From positions 1 through 33,034 of the IMG/VR virus record IMGVR_UViG_3300017978_000347: DNA of 33,034 nucleotides. One strand, written 5' to 3'. Source of the stretch: a virus. Its lineage: Duplodnaviria; Caudoviricetes. The position numbers and the translations under genes were made by a program. Within the stretch, counting starts at the first letter, position 1. Every line of letters starts with the position of its first letter. Positions 1 to 11,394 of this stretch are shown piece by piece. A model generated the notes under the pieces. That model saw only the letters and a program-made list of their open reading frames with translations, made no database searches and had not been told where the DNA came from.

Positions 1-55
1 CAGAACAAGCATACGCCTATGTAACACTCATACCAGTTGCTAAGGGTTTCCAGGA
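1..55. repeat. 55-bp direct terminal repeat, copy 1 (circular-contig overlap)
   Basis: CAGAACAAGC...TTTCCAGGA at 1-55 is identical to 32980-33034; the tape-measure reading frame continues across the junction. Confidence 0.97.
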
Positions 56-2705
56 AAAAATTGCCTCCGAGATGACCGGCGTTGGTGGCGTTGGTGGCCA
101 GGTTGGTAAAAAGTTTAGCTCTGGATTTGGCGGGGCCCTTAAGGGTATTGCCGGCCCGCTACTTGCAGCCTTTTCAACTATTGCCATTGCAGACTTTGCC
201 AAAAAGGCAGTAAATGCTGCATCCTCATTTGAGGCTGAGTTTGAGGGTGTTAGACAAACCTTTGGTGATGCTGCAAAGGCAGTGCAAGACTTTGCTGATA
301 ACGCTGCCTATTCCGCTGGTATCTCTGAGACCGCTGCGCTACAGGCTGCTAAAAACTTTGGAGGATTTGCAAACGCTGCAGGCCTTGCATCTGCCGAAGC
401 CGCAACATTTTCAACTGACCTAGTTCAAGCCGCTGGAGACCTGGCATCATTCAATGATGTGCCGGTTGACCAAGCCCTAGCTGCAATCTCATCTGGTCTG
501 GCGGGACAGTCTGAGCCGCTGAGACAATTTAGCATTTTCTTAGACCAAGCTACGCTGTCCACACAGGCTGCAGCTATGGGCTTTACAGGGGCCTTTTCTG
601 CACTATCCCAGGGTGAGCAAACTTTGGTGCGCCAAGCGGCCATCATGGACCAAATGGGTGTTTCTGCCGGAGACTTTGAAGCCTACGCTGACACATACGG
701 CAACTCACTTAAAACAGTCCAAGCCCTATTTGCTGAGATGCAAACAGAAATTGGTGGAGCATTACTGCCGGCGCTTGCCAGGCTTATGCCGGCCTTTATT
801 CCAATCATTGAAACAGCTGGCCCGGCCCTAACAAAAATCTTTGAAGCCCTTGTCCCATTAATTGATGCAATTGCTGTAAACATTGGCCCGCTTGTAGAGG
901 CCTTGTCTCCACTCATTGATGCATTTGGTTTAATAGTTGGTGCGGGCTCCGAAATCTTAGCGGCAATTTTACCCCCGCTTGTCAAAATCTTTGATGCCCT
1001 TGCCCCAATTGTCTTAAAGGTAGTTGAGGCCTTTATGCCTTTGGTGGAGGCCTTACTCCCTCCCCTAATCAGGCTCATTGAAGCATTGCTCCCATTCCTT
1101 GAAATGGTTGCATCATCCCTGGGTGATTTCTGGATTCCAATTTTAAGTAAATTGGTAGAGGCAATCTTGCCTTTTGTAGTTTACTTTATTGACCTATTCG
1201 CTAGGGCCTTGGAGGACCTGAACACATTACTTGGCCCAGTATTTGCAGCCCTAAAGCCAATTGCAGACACCTTGCTTGCCATTGCAGGCATCAAGCCTGG
1301 AGACCTGGATAAGACTGTAACTGTTACAACTCAATTTAAAACTGCAGGTGCAGGCACATCGGTCCTGGATGATTACGCTTACAACACCAGGACTAATACC
1401 CCAGTTCCAAAAGCCACTGTCCCACAAGTACCTGGTCCTGGAGGCGCTGGCTCCGGCACAGATGCAAGAAAAGAAATCCAAAAAGCCATCAAGGGCACTA
1501 AAAAAGCTATCAAGGCTGCCAAGAAAGAATATAAAAAGGCAGTCAAAGAGGCTAATGCTGCATTTGCCGAAACCAGAGCTGAGATTTCTGAAAACTACAG
1601 CATGGCTGTGGCTAAAGCCACAATTCAGCGTGATGAGGAATTGGCCCAGGCGCTAAAGGATAACGCTAGGCGAGTTTCTGAAATCCAGTCCGATTTTGCA
1701 CAGCGGCTAGATAACATTGTCCAACAGTCTATGGACAGATTGCGTGATGTCTACAGGTCTGCAGTTGAGATAAACGTTGCATCAATTTTTGATGGCGATG
1801 TTGTTGCTGGAAGCATTGACGGCACTATTGAGGTAATGCGCCAAAAGCTTGCAGCTGCCAGGCAGTTGCTTGCTAACGCTGCAGCATTGGCCGCCGCAGG
1901 ATTCTCACAAACCTTTATTGAGCAGGTTGTTGGTGCAGGCACTGACGTAGGCAATGAACTTGCTACATCAATCCTAAACGCTACCCCTGAGCAACAAACT
2001 GAGATGCGTAATCTGTTTAACGCTATTGAGGTTGAAGCCTCATCGGGTATGGATGCGTTATCACAAACCATCTACGAGAAAAACGGCCTAGCTACCCAAG
2101 AGCTTAGAAACCTTTACGCTCAAACCCAAGAGGAATTGGTTGTAGCGCTTGCTGAGCAAGAGCAAATCTACCAAGAGACAATGGCCGCAATCATGGAGCG
2201 CTTTAATGAGGCGCTAGTTGAGGCCAAAGAGGTTAGAGATGCGGCATTGCTTGAGGCGCAGGAAACTTTGACCCTGGCACTTGAGGAAGCTCAGCAAAAG
2301 TTTGTTGACGAAATCAAGAGACTCAAAAAAGAATTTAAGGCAGTAATTAGCGATATGCAGGGCATGGTCTCTAGCATGAGTAGCGCAATTGATAAGTTAA
2401 TGAAAAAAATTGCGGCTGCAAAGGCCGCTGCATCAAGCGTGACCAGTGGCGCTGTAGCTGAGGTAAAGAAACCTAAACTTGCGCTTGCTACTGGTGGATT
2501 AGTTACAGGCCCAACAAATGCACTCATTGGCGAGGCTGGACCTGAGTTAGTGATTCCGCTTGATAGGTTTGAATCATGGATGAACATGGGCGCAGGTGGA
2601 AACGGCAAGGCGCTGAATTACTATGCAGCCCCTAACCAGTCACTTGACAATGAAACAGAATTATTTAATGCCATGAAGCGTGCAAAGGTGGTTGTCGGTT
2701 GGTAA
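3..2705 (+). CDS. Tape measure protein; true start is probably TTG at 32976, read across the circular junction (MAEQAYAYVTLIPVAKGFQEKIASEMTG...)
   Basis: Long Ala-rich helical protein with Pro/Leu amphipathic repeats, coiled coil and C-terminal LATGGLV..PT.ALIGEAGPE motif; lies between the tail chaperones and Dit; GGAG at 32965-32968 precedes TTG 32976, which is in frame with ORF 72..2705. Confidence 0.93.
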   Translation, partial: EQAYAYVTLIPVAKGFQEKIASEMTGVGGVGGQVGKKFSSGFGGALKGIAGPLLAAFSTIAIADFAKKAVNAASSFEAEFEGVRQTFGDAAKAVQDFADNAAYSAGISETAALQAAKNFGGFANAAGLASAEAATFSTDLVQAAGDLASFNDVPVDQALAAISSGLAGQSEPLRQFSIFLDQATLSTQAAAMGFTGAFSALSQGEQTLVRQAAIMDQMGVSAGDFEAYADTYGNSLKTVQALFAEMQTEIGGALLPALARLMPAFIPIIETAGPALTKIFEALVPLIDAIAVNIGPLVEALSPLIDAFGLIVGAGSEILAAILPPLVKIFDALAPIVLKVVEAFMPLVEALLPPLIRLIEALLPFLEMVASSLGDFWIPILSKLVEAILPFVVYFIDLFARALEDLNTLLGPVFAALKPIADTLLAIAGIKPGDLDKTVTVTTQFKTAGAGTSVLDDYAYNTRTNTPVPKATVPQVPGPGGAGSGTDARKEIQKAIKGTKKAIKAAKKEYKKAVKEANAAFAETRAEISENYSMAVAKATIQRDEELAQALKDNARRVSEIQSDFAQRLDNIVQQSMDRLRDVYRSAVEINVASIFDGDVVAGSIDGTIEVMRQKLAAARQLLANAAALAAAGFSQTFIEQVVGAGTDVGNELATSILNATPEQQTEMRNLFNAIEVEASSGMDALSQTIYEKNGLATQELRNLYAQTQEELVVALAEQEQIYQETMAAIMERFNEALVEAKEVRDAALLEAQETLTLALEEAQQKFVDEIKRLKKEFKAVISDMQGMVSSMSSAIDKLMKKIAAAKAAASSVTSGAVAEVKKPKLALATGGLVTGPTNALIGEAGPELVIPLDRFESWMNMGAGGNGKALNYYAAPNQSLDNETELFNAMKRAKVVVGW

Positions 2706-3553
2706 ACGTAAACTATGCCCTAATTGGGGCCAATGGTGACTCAATTGAGTTTGACTATCAAAACTATGTTTTGAACCCAGACTTTATGGGTTTTGGAATT
2801 CCTCCGGCGCAGGTAAGAATTGAAAACTCAGCTGGTGATGGTGGCGTATTTAGGCACGCCAAGCGAGGCATCAGGGTTGTTGACTTACCTATTACAGTTT
2901 TGGGAACTGACAGAGGCGATGTGCAGACCAAGCTTAGACGGCTTGCAAAGCTAACCCAAAACAACTATGGCCCATTAATCCTGGAGGCCCGCTACTCTAA
3001 CGGCGAAAAACTTAGACTTACCGCTTATTACACCGGTGGCGCTGAATCCCAATGGGGAGATAAGGCAGGCAACGTCTGGTGTAACTGGACACTATCCCTA
3101 CAAGTGCCTCAGCCTTTTTGGCAGAGCACGAGAATTGAGCAGTTCACCATTACACGTGGAGTCTCCGGGCGTGGTCTACTACCTGAGCTATCCAAGTTAA
3201 AGCTATCTAGCTCACAGGCATTGGGAACAATCAGCATAAACAACCAGGGTGATGTGCCGGCATACCCAACTTACAGAATCATTGGTCCAATCACTGAATT
3301 TTTTGTAAGTGATGGAGTGCAGTCATTTGGCTTTGTTGAGGATGTAGCAATTGGCGAAACCATTTTTGTAAACACTGAAACAGGTGCAGTTTACGATGAG
3401 GCCGGTGTAAACAAATACAACATTCTTGCCCCTGCCCCTAAATTGTTTAAATTGCCGGTTGGGCCATCTACTCTAACCATCCAGGGCACTGAGGCAGATG
3501 AGGACACCCGAATTGACGTTTACTATGCGCTCAGGTATGAGGTAGTTCACTAA
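2699..3553 (+). CDS. Distal tail protein (Dit, siphovirus tail component)
   Basis: 284 aa directly after the tape measure gene; P.PFW and N.GDVPAYP motifs typical of Dit. Confidence 0.85.
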   Translation: MVNVNYALIGANGDSIEFDYQNYVLNPDFMGFGIPPAQVRIENSAGDGGVFRHAKRGIRVVDLPITVLGTDRGDVQTKLRRLAKLTQNNYGPLILEARYSNGEKLRLTAYYTGGAESQWGDKAGNVWCNWTLSLQVPQPFWQSTRIEQFTITRGVSGRGLLPELSKLKLSSSQALGTISINNQGDVPAYPTYRIIGPITEFFVSDGVQSFGFVEDVAIGETIFVNTETGAVYDEAGVNKYNILAPAPKLFKLPVGPSTLTIQGTEADEDTRIDVYYALRYEVVH

Positions 3554-5136
3554 TGCAAATTGATGACCTAATCATTGAAGTTAGAGATGCTGACCTGGTA
3601 AGGGTTGGGCAGTTCAGGCCAGAGGATTTGGTTGGAGCTACATTTGTTTTGAGATACAACAATGTTGGGTCCTGGAGCATGAAACTGCCTTATGGGCACA
3701 GATTGGGCGAGCTACTAAGGCTCCCTGGTTATGGGATTATTGTTACCGGCCCTGCAGATACAGTAATTATGAGCGGGCCCACACTTGGAGCTACTCTGAA
3801 TCAAACCTCAGACAACCTTGAGGGTGACTGGTTAATCTCAGGCGCAAGCGATGAGATTATTTTGCAAGAACATTTGGCTTACCCAACCCCAAGCACCTCA
3901 GACGTTCAAGCTCAAATTATTCCTTATGACGAGCGCTCAGGCCCCGCTGAAACTGTGCTCAAGGGTTATGTAAATGCAAACATTGGGCCATCAGCCCCGG
4001 TTGCTAGAAAAATCCCACTTTTAGCTATAGAGCTAAATGAAGCTAGGGGAGAGGTTGTAACCGGTAGAGCACGATTTGACCAACTAAATGAGTTGTTTTA
4101 TGACCTGGCTCAATTGGGTGGTCTTGGATACAAGATTGACCAAGCCGGAGAGGAATTAGAGTTTAAGTGCTATGTCCCAACTGACCGCAGCGCAACTGTC
4201 AGAATGGACATGGACAATCAAAAGCTGTCTAGCTCAAATTACAGCTATGCCTCAGCAAGAGTTACCAGAGCTATTGTCGGAGGCCAGGGCGAGGATGAGT
4301 GGAGGCGCTTTGTTGAGGTCTCTAATGATGATTCCGAAGCGGCTGAGTCTGCATGGGGTAGGCGCATTGAAGTTTTTAAAGACAACCGAAACTCAAGGGA
4401 TGAGGCAGTCCTAACGCAATCGGGCCAAGAGCTACTCATTGACCAGGGTAAAACAATCGTGGAGATGTCAGTAACACCATCTGATGACATAAACATGAGA
4501 TTTGGTGTTGACTGGTATCTTGGCGATAAAATTACAATTGTTATTCAGGACATTGAGGCTAAGGCCGTTGTCACTGAAATTGGAATCCAGATTAGTGATT
4601 CAGGCGTAAGAATTGGCGCAACTGTTGGGGCCCCGGTTGGAATGACCTATGAAGCCAAGCTATTGGCAAAAACCTCAGATGTTGCTAAAAGGGTCTCTAA
4701 CATTGAGCGGGCTGTTACAGGCTATGGCGTAAACACCGCATATCAGCCAAGCGGCGGCACAAGCGCAATCCAACCAACTTGGACAGGCAACATCTTTACT
4801 GCCTCATTCAACCGGTTTGGCAACATGATTCACTTTAGTATCTTTGTAAACTTTGCTACTATCCTGACATTTGGAACAGGGCAGTATTACGTTACCTTGC
4901 CCTATCCTGCACGTGTTGCCTACCAGTTTAGAGATGGCTGTTTACATGACACCTCAGCTGGCACTGAGTTTTTTATTTCTGGGCACGTTGCTGCGGGGTC
5001 AGACGTTTTGTATCTAAACACCGCAGATAAGGTGGGGTCAACTATTCAGGATTTAGATTTCACAAGCACAAGCCCAGTTACACTGACAACCGCTGACAGG
5101 TTTCACATTGCCGGCACTTACGAGATAGAGGGATAA
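3553..5136 (+). CDS. Baseplate hub/minor tail protein (ReqiPepy6 Gp37-like) with a C-terminal beta-rich extension
   Basis: RYNNVGSW, GGQGE..R, WGRRIEVFKD.R and FG.D..LGD motifs; position after Dit. Confidence 0.82.
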   Translation: MQIDDLIIEVRDADLVRVGQFRPEDLVGATFVLRYNNVGSWSMKLPYGHRLGELLRLPGYGIIVTGPADTVIMSGPTLGATLNQTSDNLEGDWLISGASDEIILQEHLAYPTPSTSDVQAQIIPYDERSGPAETVLKGYVNANIGPSAPVARKIPLLAIELNEARGEVVTGRARFDQLNELFYDLAQLGGLGYKIDQAGEELEFKCYVPTDRSATVRMDMDNQKLSSSNYSYASARVTRAIVGGQGEDEWRRFVEVSNDDSEAAESAWGRRIEVFKDNRNSRDEAVLTQSGQELLIDQGKTIVEMSVTPSDDINMRFGVDWYLGDKITIVIQDIEAKAVVTEIGIQISDSGVRIGATVGAPVGMTYEAKLLAKTSDVAKRVSNIERAVTGYGVNTAYQPSGGTSAIQPTWTGNIFTASFNRFGNMIHFSIFVNFATILTFGTGQYYVTLPYPARVAYQFRDGCLHDTSAGTEFFISGHVAAGSDVLYLNTADKVGSTIQDLDFTSTSPVTLTTADRFHIAGTYEIEG

Positions 5137-5473
5137 ATGGCAGCTATTCAATTAAATTTGTATGTGGAGGCCGGAGCAACATTTAACCGGTCTTTGATTT
5201 ACACAAATGATGACGGCTCACTGTTTGATTTAGACGATTTCACCGCAGAGCTACAGGTGCGGGAAACAGTTGCAAGCGCAGAGCCTACACTAACTGTCAC
5301 GCCTGAGATTGACGTTGAAACGGCAACAGTGTCTTGGTCATTTACAGCAACACAGACAAGCACATTGACTGATGCAACTTATGTTTACGCAATGGAGCTT
5401 TATGGGCCGGATGATTTAGTTATTAGATTGATAGAGGGTGTCATCACTGTATCTCCAGAGATAGTGAGACCAA

Positions 5474-5484
<11 letters not shown>
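5137..5484 (+). CDS. Small acidic tail/baseplate protein (BppU-N/Ig-like fibre anchor)
   Basis: GATF...DL..FTA..QVR...YVY..EL...RLIEG.I.VSPE pattern; immediately precedes the collagen fibre gene. Confidence 0.6.
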
Positions 5485-7405
<1,921 letters not shown>

Positions 7406-7413
7406 GAAACAGC

Positions 7414-8337
7414 ATGGCACAAACATCATGGCCCTTTGAGGACATTGACACAACAGAAACCCAATTTAGCCTCTGGGCTAGGAATCTTGGGCAAGGCGTT
7501 ATCAAAGACAGAGCCAATGAGCTTGAGGTCTTTGGTGACAGCTCCGGTTTAAACGTTAAAATCAAAACTGGTGAAGCTTTACTAAGAGGGCATTTCTATA
7601 GCAGCAACGCTGAGGAAACCCTAACCATTCAAACAGCTAACTTAGTTAACCCTAGGGTTGACCTGGTTATCCTAAAGCTTGACCCCTCAGAAAACTCAAT
7701 TTTGCTCAGTGTGCTAACGGGCACGCCAAATGCAGTGCCAGAGCCTCCAGCATTGACTCAGACCGATGACGGAATTTATGAGATTGCCCTGGCAAGTGTT
7801 TATGTTGGTCCTGGTGTTGCAGGTATTGCCCCGGCAGATGTTACTGACATTAGATACATCTTTACCCCTTGGACCGGTATTGTGCAGGGTGACCAAATCA
7901 CCGGTGAAATTGCAGATGCAACTGTTGTTGGTAGCCAGATAACTGGAAGCCTTACAGTAGCAACTGTCCCAGGTTCTCAAATTAGCGGCAGCATTACAAC
8001 TGGGACTCTACCAGGCGCAAACATCACAGGCACTGTTCCAGCCGGCATCATTGCCACAGGCTCATCTAGCAAGTCTGCTAACTACACCATTCAGGCAACT
8101 GATGAAAACACTTACATCCTCTCAACAGGCTCAGCCATAACAATTACTGTCCCAGACGTATTGTCCAATGGTGAATCAGTGAACTTCATTCAAGTTGGAA
8201 CTGGTGCAATTACTTTTGCGGGCTCAGGAGTTACCATAAACTCTGCAGATGCCAAACTAAAAACAGCTAAGCAATACGCCGGTGCAACCATTACTAAACT
8301 TGCCGGGGCTTACTACCTGATTGGAAACTTGGGCTAA
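7414..8337 (+). CDS. Minor tail/upper baseplate fibre protein
   Basis: N-terminal PRVDLVILKLD...GTP...P.PPALTQ....YEI.LA domain typical of siphophage tail proteins; C-terminal domain paralogous to that of the collagen fibre. Confidence 0.78.
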   Translation: MAQTSWPFEDIDTTETQFSLWARNLGQGVIKDRANELEVFGDSSGLNVKIKTGEALLRGHFYSSNAEETLTIQTANLVNPRVDLVILKLDPSENSILLSVLTGTPNAVPEPPALTQTDDGIYEIALASVYVGPGVAGIAPADVTDIRYIFTPWTGIVQGDQITGEIADATVVGSQITGSLTVATVPGSQISGSITTGTLPGANITGTVPAGIIATGSSSKSANYTIQATDENTYILSTGSAITITVPDVLSNGESVNFIQVGTGAITFAGSGVTINSADAKLKTAKQYAGATITKLAGAYYLIGNLG

Positions 8338-8861
8338 TGCTTATACCCCTTGGAATACTTGCGGCCTCAGGCGGTGGTGGGGCTTATGAGCACATTGAAA
8401 GTGTGGATTTAGTTGCAGATGGGGTTGTTACATTCAGTTCAATTCCGGCAACATATAAACACCTGCAACTTAGGGTAGTGGCCAGAAGCAGCTCGTCTAC
8501 GCACCAGCCTTTTCAGCTAAGAATGAATGGCGTTACCACTAACGCTTATAGTTTTCACAACTTTGGGCGCTCACTTACTGCCACTGTTACAGGTAGTAGC
8601 TCATTAAGCTCAGCTATAAACCTAGGTGCCCAATTGCTCCCAGAGGATGACACCGATACTGGAAACGCTGGAATCATTGTAAACATCATGGATTACACAA
8701 ATACAAGTAAAAATACAACTGTTTCATCTTATGGTGGCACGATTGGTCCACGCTATATTGCAAGCGGTATGTTTATTAATACAAGTTTAGTGAACAGCAT
8801 AAGCATATCTAGCTCAATGCTTATATATTCTCATTTGTCTCTCTACGGAATAAAGGGTTAA
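8337..8861 (+). CDS. Putative tail-tip protein, paralog 1 of 3
   Basis: TFSSIP.TY.HL, IMDY and SLYGI motifs shared with the next two ORFs; MLIPLGILAAS N-terminus. Confidence 0.65.
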   Translation: MLIPLGILAASGGGGAYEHIESVDLVADGVVTFSSIPATYKHLQLRVVARSSSSTHQPFQLRMNGVTTNAYSFHNFGRSLTATVTGSSSLSSAINLGAQLLPEDDTDTGNAGIIVNIMDYTNTSKNTTVSSYGGTIGPRYIASGMFINTSLVNSISISSSMLIYSHLSLYGIKG

Positions 8862-8862
8862 G

Positions 8863-9351
8863 ATGCCTACTCCAACATATACACCTTTGGCTACTATTAC
8901 GTTAACAGCCTCAGCCTCAGCGGTGACATTTTCATCTATACCTGGCACTTACAGGCATCTTGTAATTGCTATGGAATCAAAGGGGACAGCAACTACCAAT
9001 GGTTTTATTAGGACCAATGGCCAGGCTGGCACTCAAAGCTATGGCTGGGCGCAACTTGCCGGCACTGGAACACAATTTTTACCTCAATCCTCCGCAAGCT
9101 CAAGCAGCGTTCCATTGACTGTAAGCGCTAACGCAACTACTACAAGCGCACTAGTTTCCCAAATTGAAATTATGGATTACAACCGGGCTAACAAATTTGG
9201 AACTTTTTTAGTTAAGTCAAACTCCCCCGCAGCCACAGAGATTATCTTTGGTAGGACCAGGACTCAAAGCAACATCCCAATTACATCAGTTCAAATTTCT
9301 GGCGCTTGGGCCGCCGGCGGTATTTTTAGTCTATACGGAATTGCAGGTTAA
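8863..9351 (+). CDS. Putative tail-tip protein, paralog 2 of 3
   Basis: VTFSSIPGTYRHL...IMDY...ITSV...FSLYGI. Confidence 0.65.
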   Translation: MPTPTYTPLATITLTASASAVTFSSIPGTYRHLVIAMESKGTATTNGFIRTNGQAGTQSYGWAQLAGTGTQFLPQSSASSSSVPLTVSANATTTSALVSQIEIMDYNRANKFGTFLVKSNSPAATEIIFGRTRTQSNIPITSVQISGAWAAGGIFSLYGIAG

Positions 9352-9354
9352 AAA

Positions 9355-9897
9355 ATGACAATGGAAGCAATCCAAACAGTAGATGTTGGAATCACCGGAG
9401 CCGCATCAATAACTTTTAGCTCTATCCCTCAAAATGCAACAGATTTGATGGTGATGATTTCTGGCAGGGTAACTTCAAGCATTAGAGATTTTAGCGTTTT
9501 GCCAAATGGTAGCTCAAGCAGTCTCACATATGACCGGTTATACTCTGATGATTTTGCAGACCCAGCAAATATAGGTTCAGATAACGGAACAACCACTCCG
9601 AATTTTAAAGACGGCGTTAGCGGAACTTCACAGACAGCTAATGCTTTTTCTTACGCTGAAATCTATTTTTACAATTACGCATCTACAACTGAGCATAAAA
9701 ACTTTGCGGCTTTTTATGGTTATGAGTCAGCCGCTGCATCTGCTTGGTCAAACATGATACACGCCAGATGGTCTAACGTAGCTGCAATAACATCTCTAGT
9801 GCTACAGCCAGCAACAGGTGGAGACTGGGCACAATACACATCTGCCACATTATATAAGATTACCAAGGGTTCAGACGGCGCAACAGTAGTTGCATAA
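9355..9897 (+). CDS. Putative tail-tip protein, paralog 3 of 3
   Basis: ITFSSIPQ..TDL...FYNY...AITSL...TLYKI. Confidence 0.65.
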   Translation: MTMEAIQTVDVGITGAASITFSSIPQNATDLMVMISGRVTSSIRDFSVLPNGSSSSLTYDRLYSDDFADPANIGSDNGTTTPNFKDGVSGTSQTANAFSYAEIYFYNYASTTEHKNFAAFYGYESAAASAWSNMIHARWSNVAAITSLVLQPATGGDWAQYTSATLYKITKGSDGATVVA

Positions 9898-9911
9898 GGA
9901 TAGGAAATAAC

Positions 9912-10145
9912 ATGACAGATACTCCAGTAAAGCTAGTGGTCAATTGCGAGACCGGCGTTCAGGAATACATCCCTTTTACAGCTGAGGAAATTGCCCAGGC
10001 AGAGGCAGACCGCTTAGCTTGGGAACAGGAAAAGGCTGCACAAGAGCAGGCCCAGGCGGAAAAGGAAGCACTAGAAGCTAGTGCAGTTTCTAAGCTTGCG
10101 GCTTTGGGCCTAACCCCAGATGAGATTGCCGCACTCAAAAGCTAA
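9912..10145 (+). CDS. Small helical protein, possible tail-fibre assembly chaperone
   Basis: VNCETG...T.EEI coiled coil and C-terminal KLAALGLT.DEIAAL; last gene of the tail module; AGGA RBS. Confidence 0.55.
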   Translation: MTDTPVKLVVNCETGVQEYIPFTAEEIAQAEADRLAWEQEKAAQEQAQAEKEALEASAVSKLAALGLTPDEIAALKS

Positions 10146-10390
10146 TGGCTGAGGAAACATCCGGCGTAAGGATTACACAAAACGCCATTTATCAGAAACA
10201 GCTAGAGCATGGAGAGATTCTTATCCAGGTCCTGCAAAAGCTAGACCACTTGGATGATGTGCCTCACAGGCTCAGAGAGGTTGAGCTGACATTGGCACGC
10301 CTTGCCTGGGTTGAAAAGATTGCCTACACAGGATTGACTGCCGCATTTACGGCCCTAGTTGGAGCTGTTTTAAGCCTAGTTTTAGTTTAA
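10145..10390 (+). CDS. Coiled-coil protein with a C-terminal TM helix (XhlA/holin-like, lysis module)
   Basis: One hydrophobic C-terminal helix; directly upstream of the endolysin. Confidence 0.55.
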   Translation: MAEETSGVRITQNAIYQKQLEHGEILIQVLQKLDHLDDVPHRLREVELTLARLAWVEKIAYTGLTAAFTALVGAVLSLVLV

Positions 10391-10399
10391 GGAAAACAA

Positions 10400-10894
10400 A
10401 TGAGATTTCCATTTAACAAACCAATTTCCAAAATTTCAAGTGGATATGGGTGGCGCATACACCCCATAGACAAGGTAAGGCGGCATCATAACGGCATAGA
10501 TTATGCAGTGGCTATTGGCACTCCAATTTATGCAATTGAAGCCGGCAAGGTTATTTTTGCTGGTCCATCTAGCATCAAGCTTGCCAATGGGGAGCCTGGA
10601 GGCGGCGGCTACATCGTAAGGCTACGCCACAAGGTCAATGGCGAATGGATAACATCCAGCTATATGCACTTGAAAAAGGGCTCTATCCCAAAGGCCGGCA
10701 TCAAGGTTGGGGACATCGTGACTGAGGGCCAAAAGATTGGCGAGTCCGGCAACACTGGAGCAAGCACCGGCCCTCATTTACATTTTGAGATTCAGCGTGG
10801 CAAACACTACATTTACACATCCAATGGCACACGCTACACAGAGCCTACAAGCTACATCAAGACACAGATAGCGCTGGAGAAAATCAAAAAGTGA
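10400..10894 (+). CDS. Endolysin, M23 family Zn endopeptidase
   Basis: ISS.YG.R.HP, HNGID (HxxxD), YMHL and GNTG.STGPHLHFE (HxH) motifs. Confidence 0.92.
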   Translation: MRFPFNKPISKISSGYGWRIHPIDKVRRHHNGIDYAVAIGTPIYAIEAGKVIFAGPSSIKLANGEPGGGGYIVRLRHKVNGEWITSSYMHLKKGSIPKAGIKVGDIVTEGQKIGESGNTGASTGPHLHFEIQRGKHYIYTSNGTRYTEPTSYIKTQIALEKIKK

Positions 10895-11169
10895 AATGGT
10901 TAGATTCTGTCTTTTTGCTCAAGGATGAAAAGGGCAAGACAACTGGGCCATCTTGGAACTTTAGGCGCAAGCTTATTTTTGGTGGTTACCGGGTAGGCGT
11001 TGTAATGATTGCCTTTGGTATGTTCACATTTTTTTGGGACACCCAGGTAAGTGTGCAGCTAGTAATTGGCGGGGTTGCACTAATCTCAATTATCTTGACC
11101 GCTTACACCGCATCCGCAACTTTTGAGGATGTCAAACTATGGAAACCTGGAGAAAATGACGATGTTTGA
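10891..11169 (+). CDS. Two-TM membrane protein (holin-like)
   Basis: Two hydrophobic helices; GTGA overlap with the endolysin. Confidence 0.6.
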   Translation: MKWLDSVFLLKDEKGKTTGPSWNFRRKLIFGGYRVGVVMIAFGMFTFFWDTQVSVQLVIGGVALISIILTAYTASATFEDVKLWKPGENDDV

Positions 11170-11347
11170 AATTCCTGCACACGTTAGAAAATGGATTTAC
11201 GGAATTATTGCAACAACTGTGCCGCTACTAATTAGCCTTGGCTACTTGACCAATGAAGTGGCTGCTCAAATCCTAAACATTGCTGCAGCTGTGCTAACAA
11301 TTGGTGGCTCTGCACTTGCTATCAAGAATGTCCCAGACGAGGACTAA
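11162..11347 (+). CDS. Holin (small 2-TM actinophage type)
   Basis: RKWIYGI...PLL...G motif and two TM helices; GGAG at 11149-11152 favours ATG 11162 (or 11156) over the ORF-track start. Confidence 0.75.
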   Translation: MFEIPAHVRKWIYGIIATTVPLLISLGYLTNEVAAQILNIAAAVLTIGGSALAIKNVPDED

Positions 11348-11363
11348 AAAAACTTTACAGATT

Positions 11364-11394
11364 ATCCCCCTGGCTACGGCTGGGGGGATTTTTT
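11364..11394 (+). terminator. Rho-independent terminator ending the late operon
   Basis: ATCCCCCTGGC-TACG-GCTGGGGGGAT stem followed by a T-run, between convergent holin and whiB. Confidence 0.85.

Noticed and set aside
2693-2714. Perfect TGTCGG-N10-TAAACT PafBC-like motif
   Set aside because: It overlaps the Dit start codon, so a transcript would begin inside the gene; a 9-base pattern can occur by chance in 33 kb
17-2964. Numerous antisense and alternate-frame ORFs within the tape measure and other structural genes
   Set aside because: Shadow ORFs of well-supported genes with no independent signals
11156-11164. Met-Thr-Met dual start as a holin/antiholin switch
   Set aside because: Lambda-type dual starts need a charged residue between the two Met; Thr is neutral and the first ATG is only 3 nt from the SD
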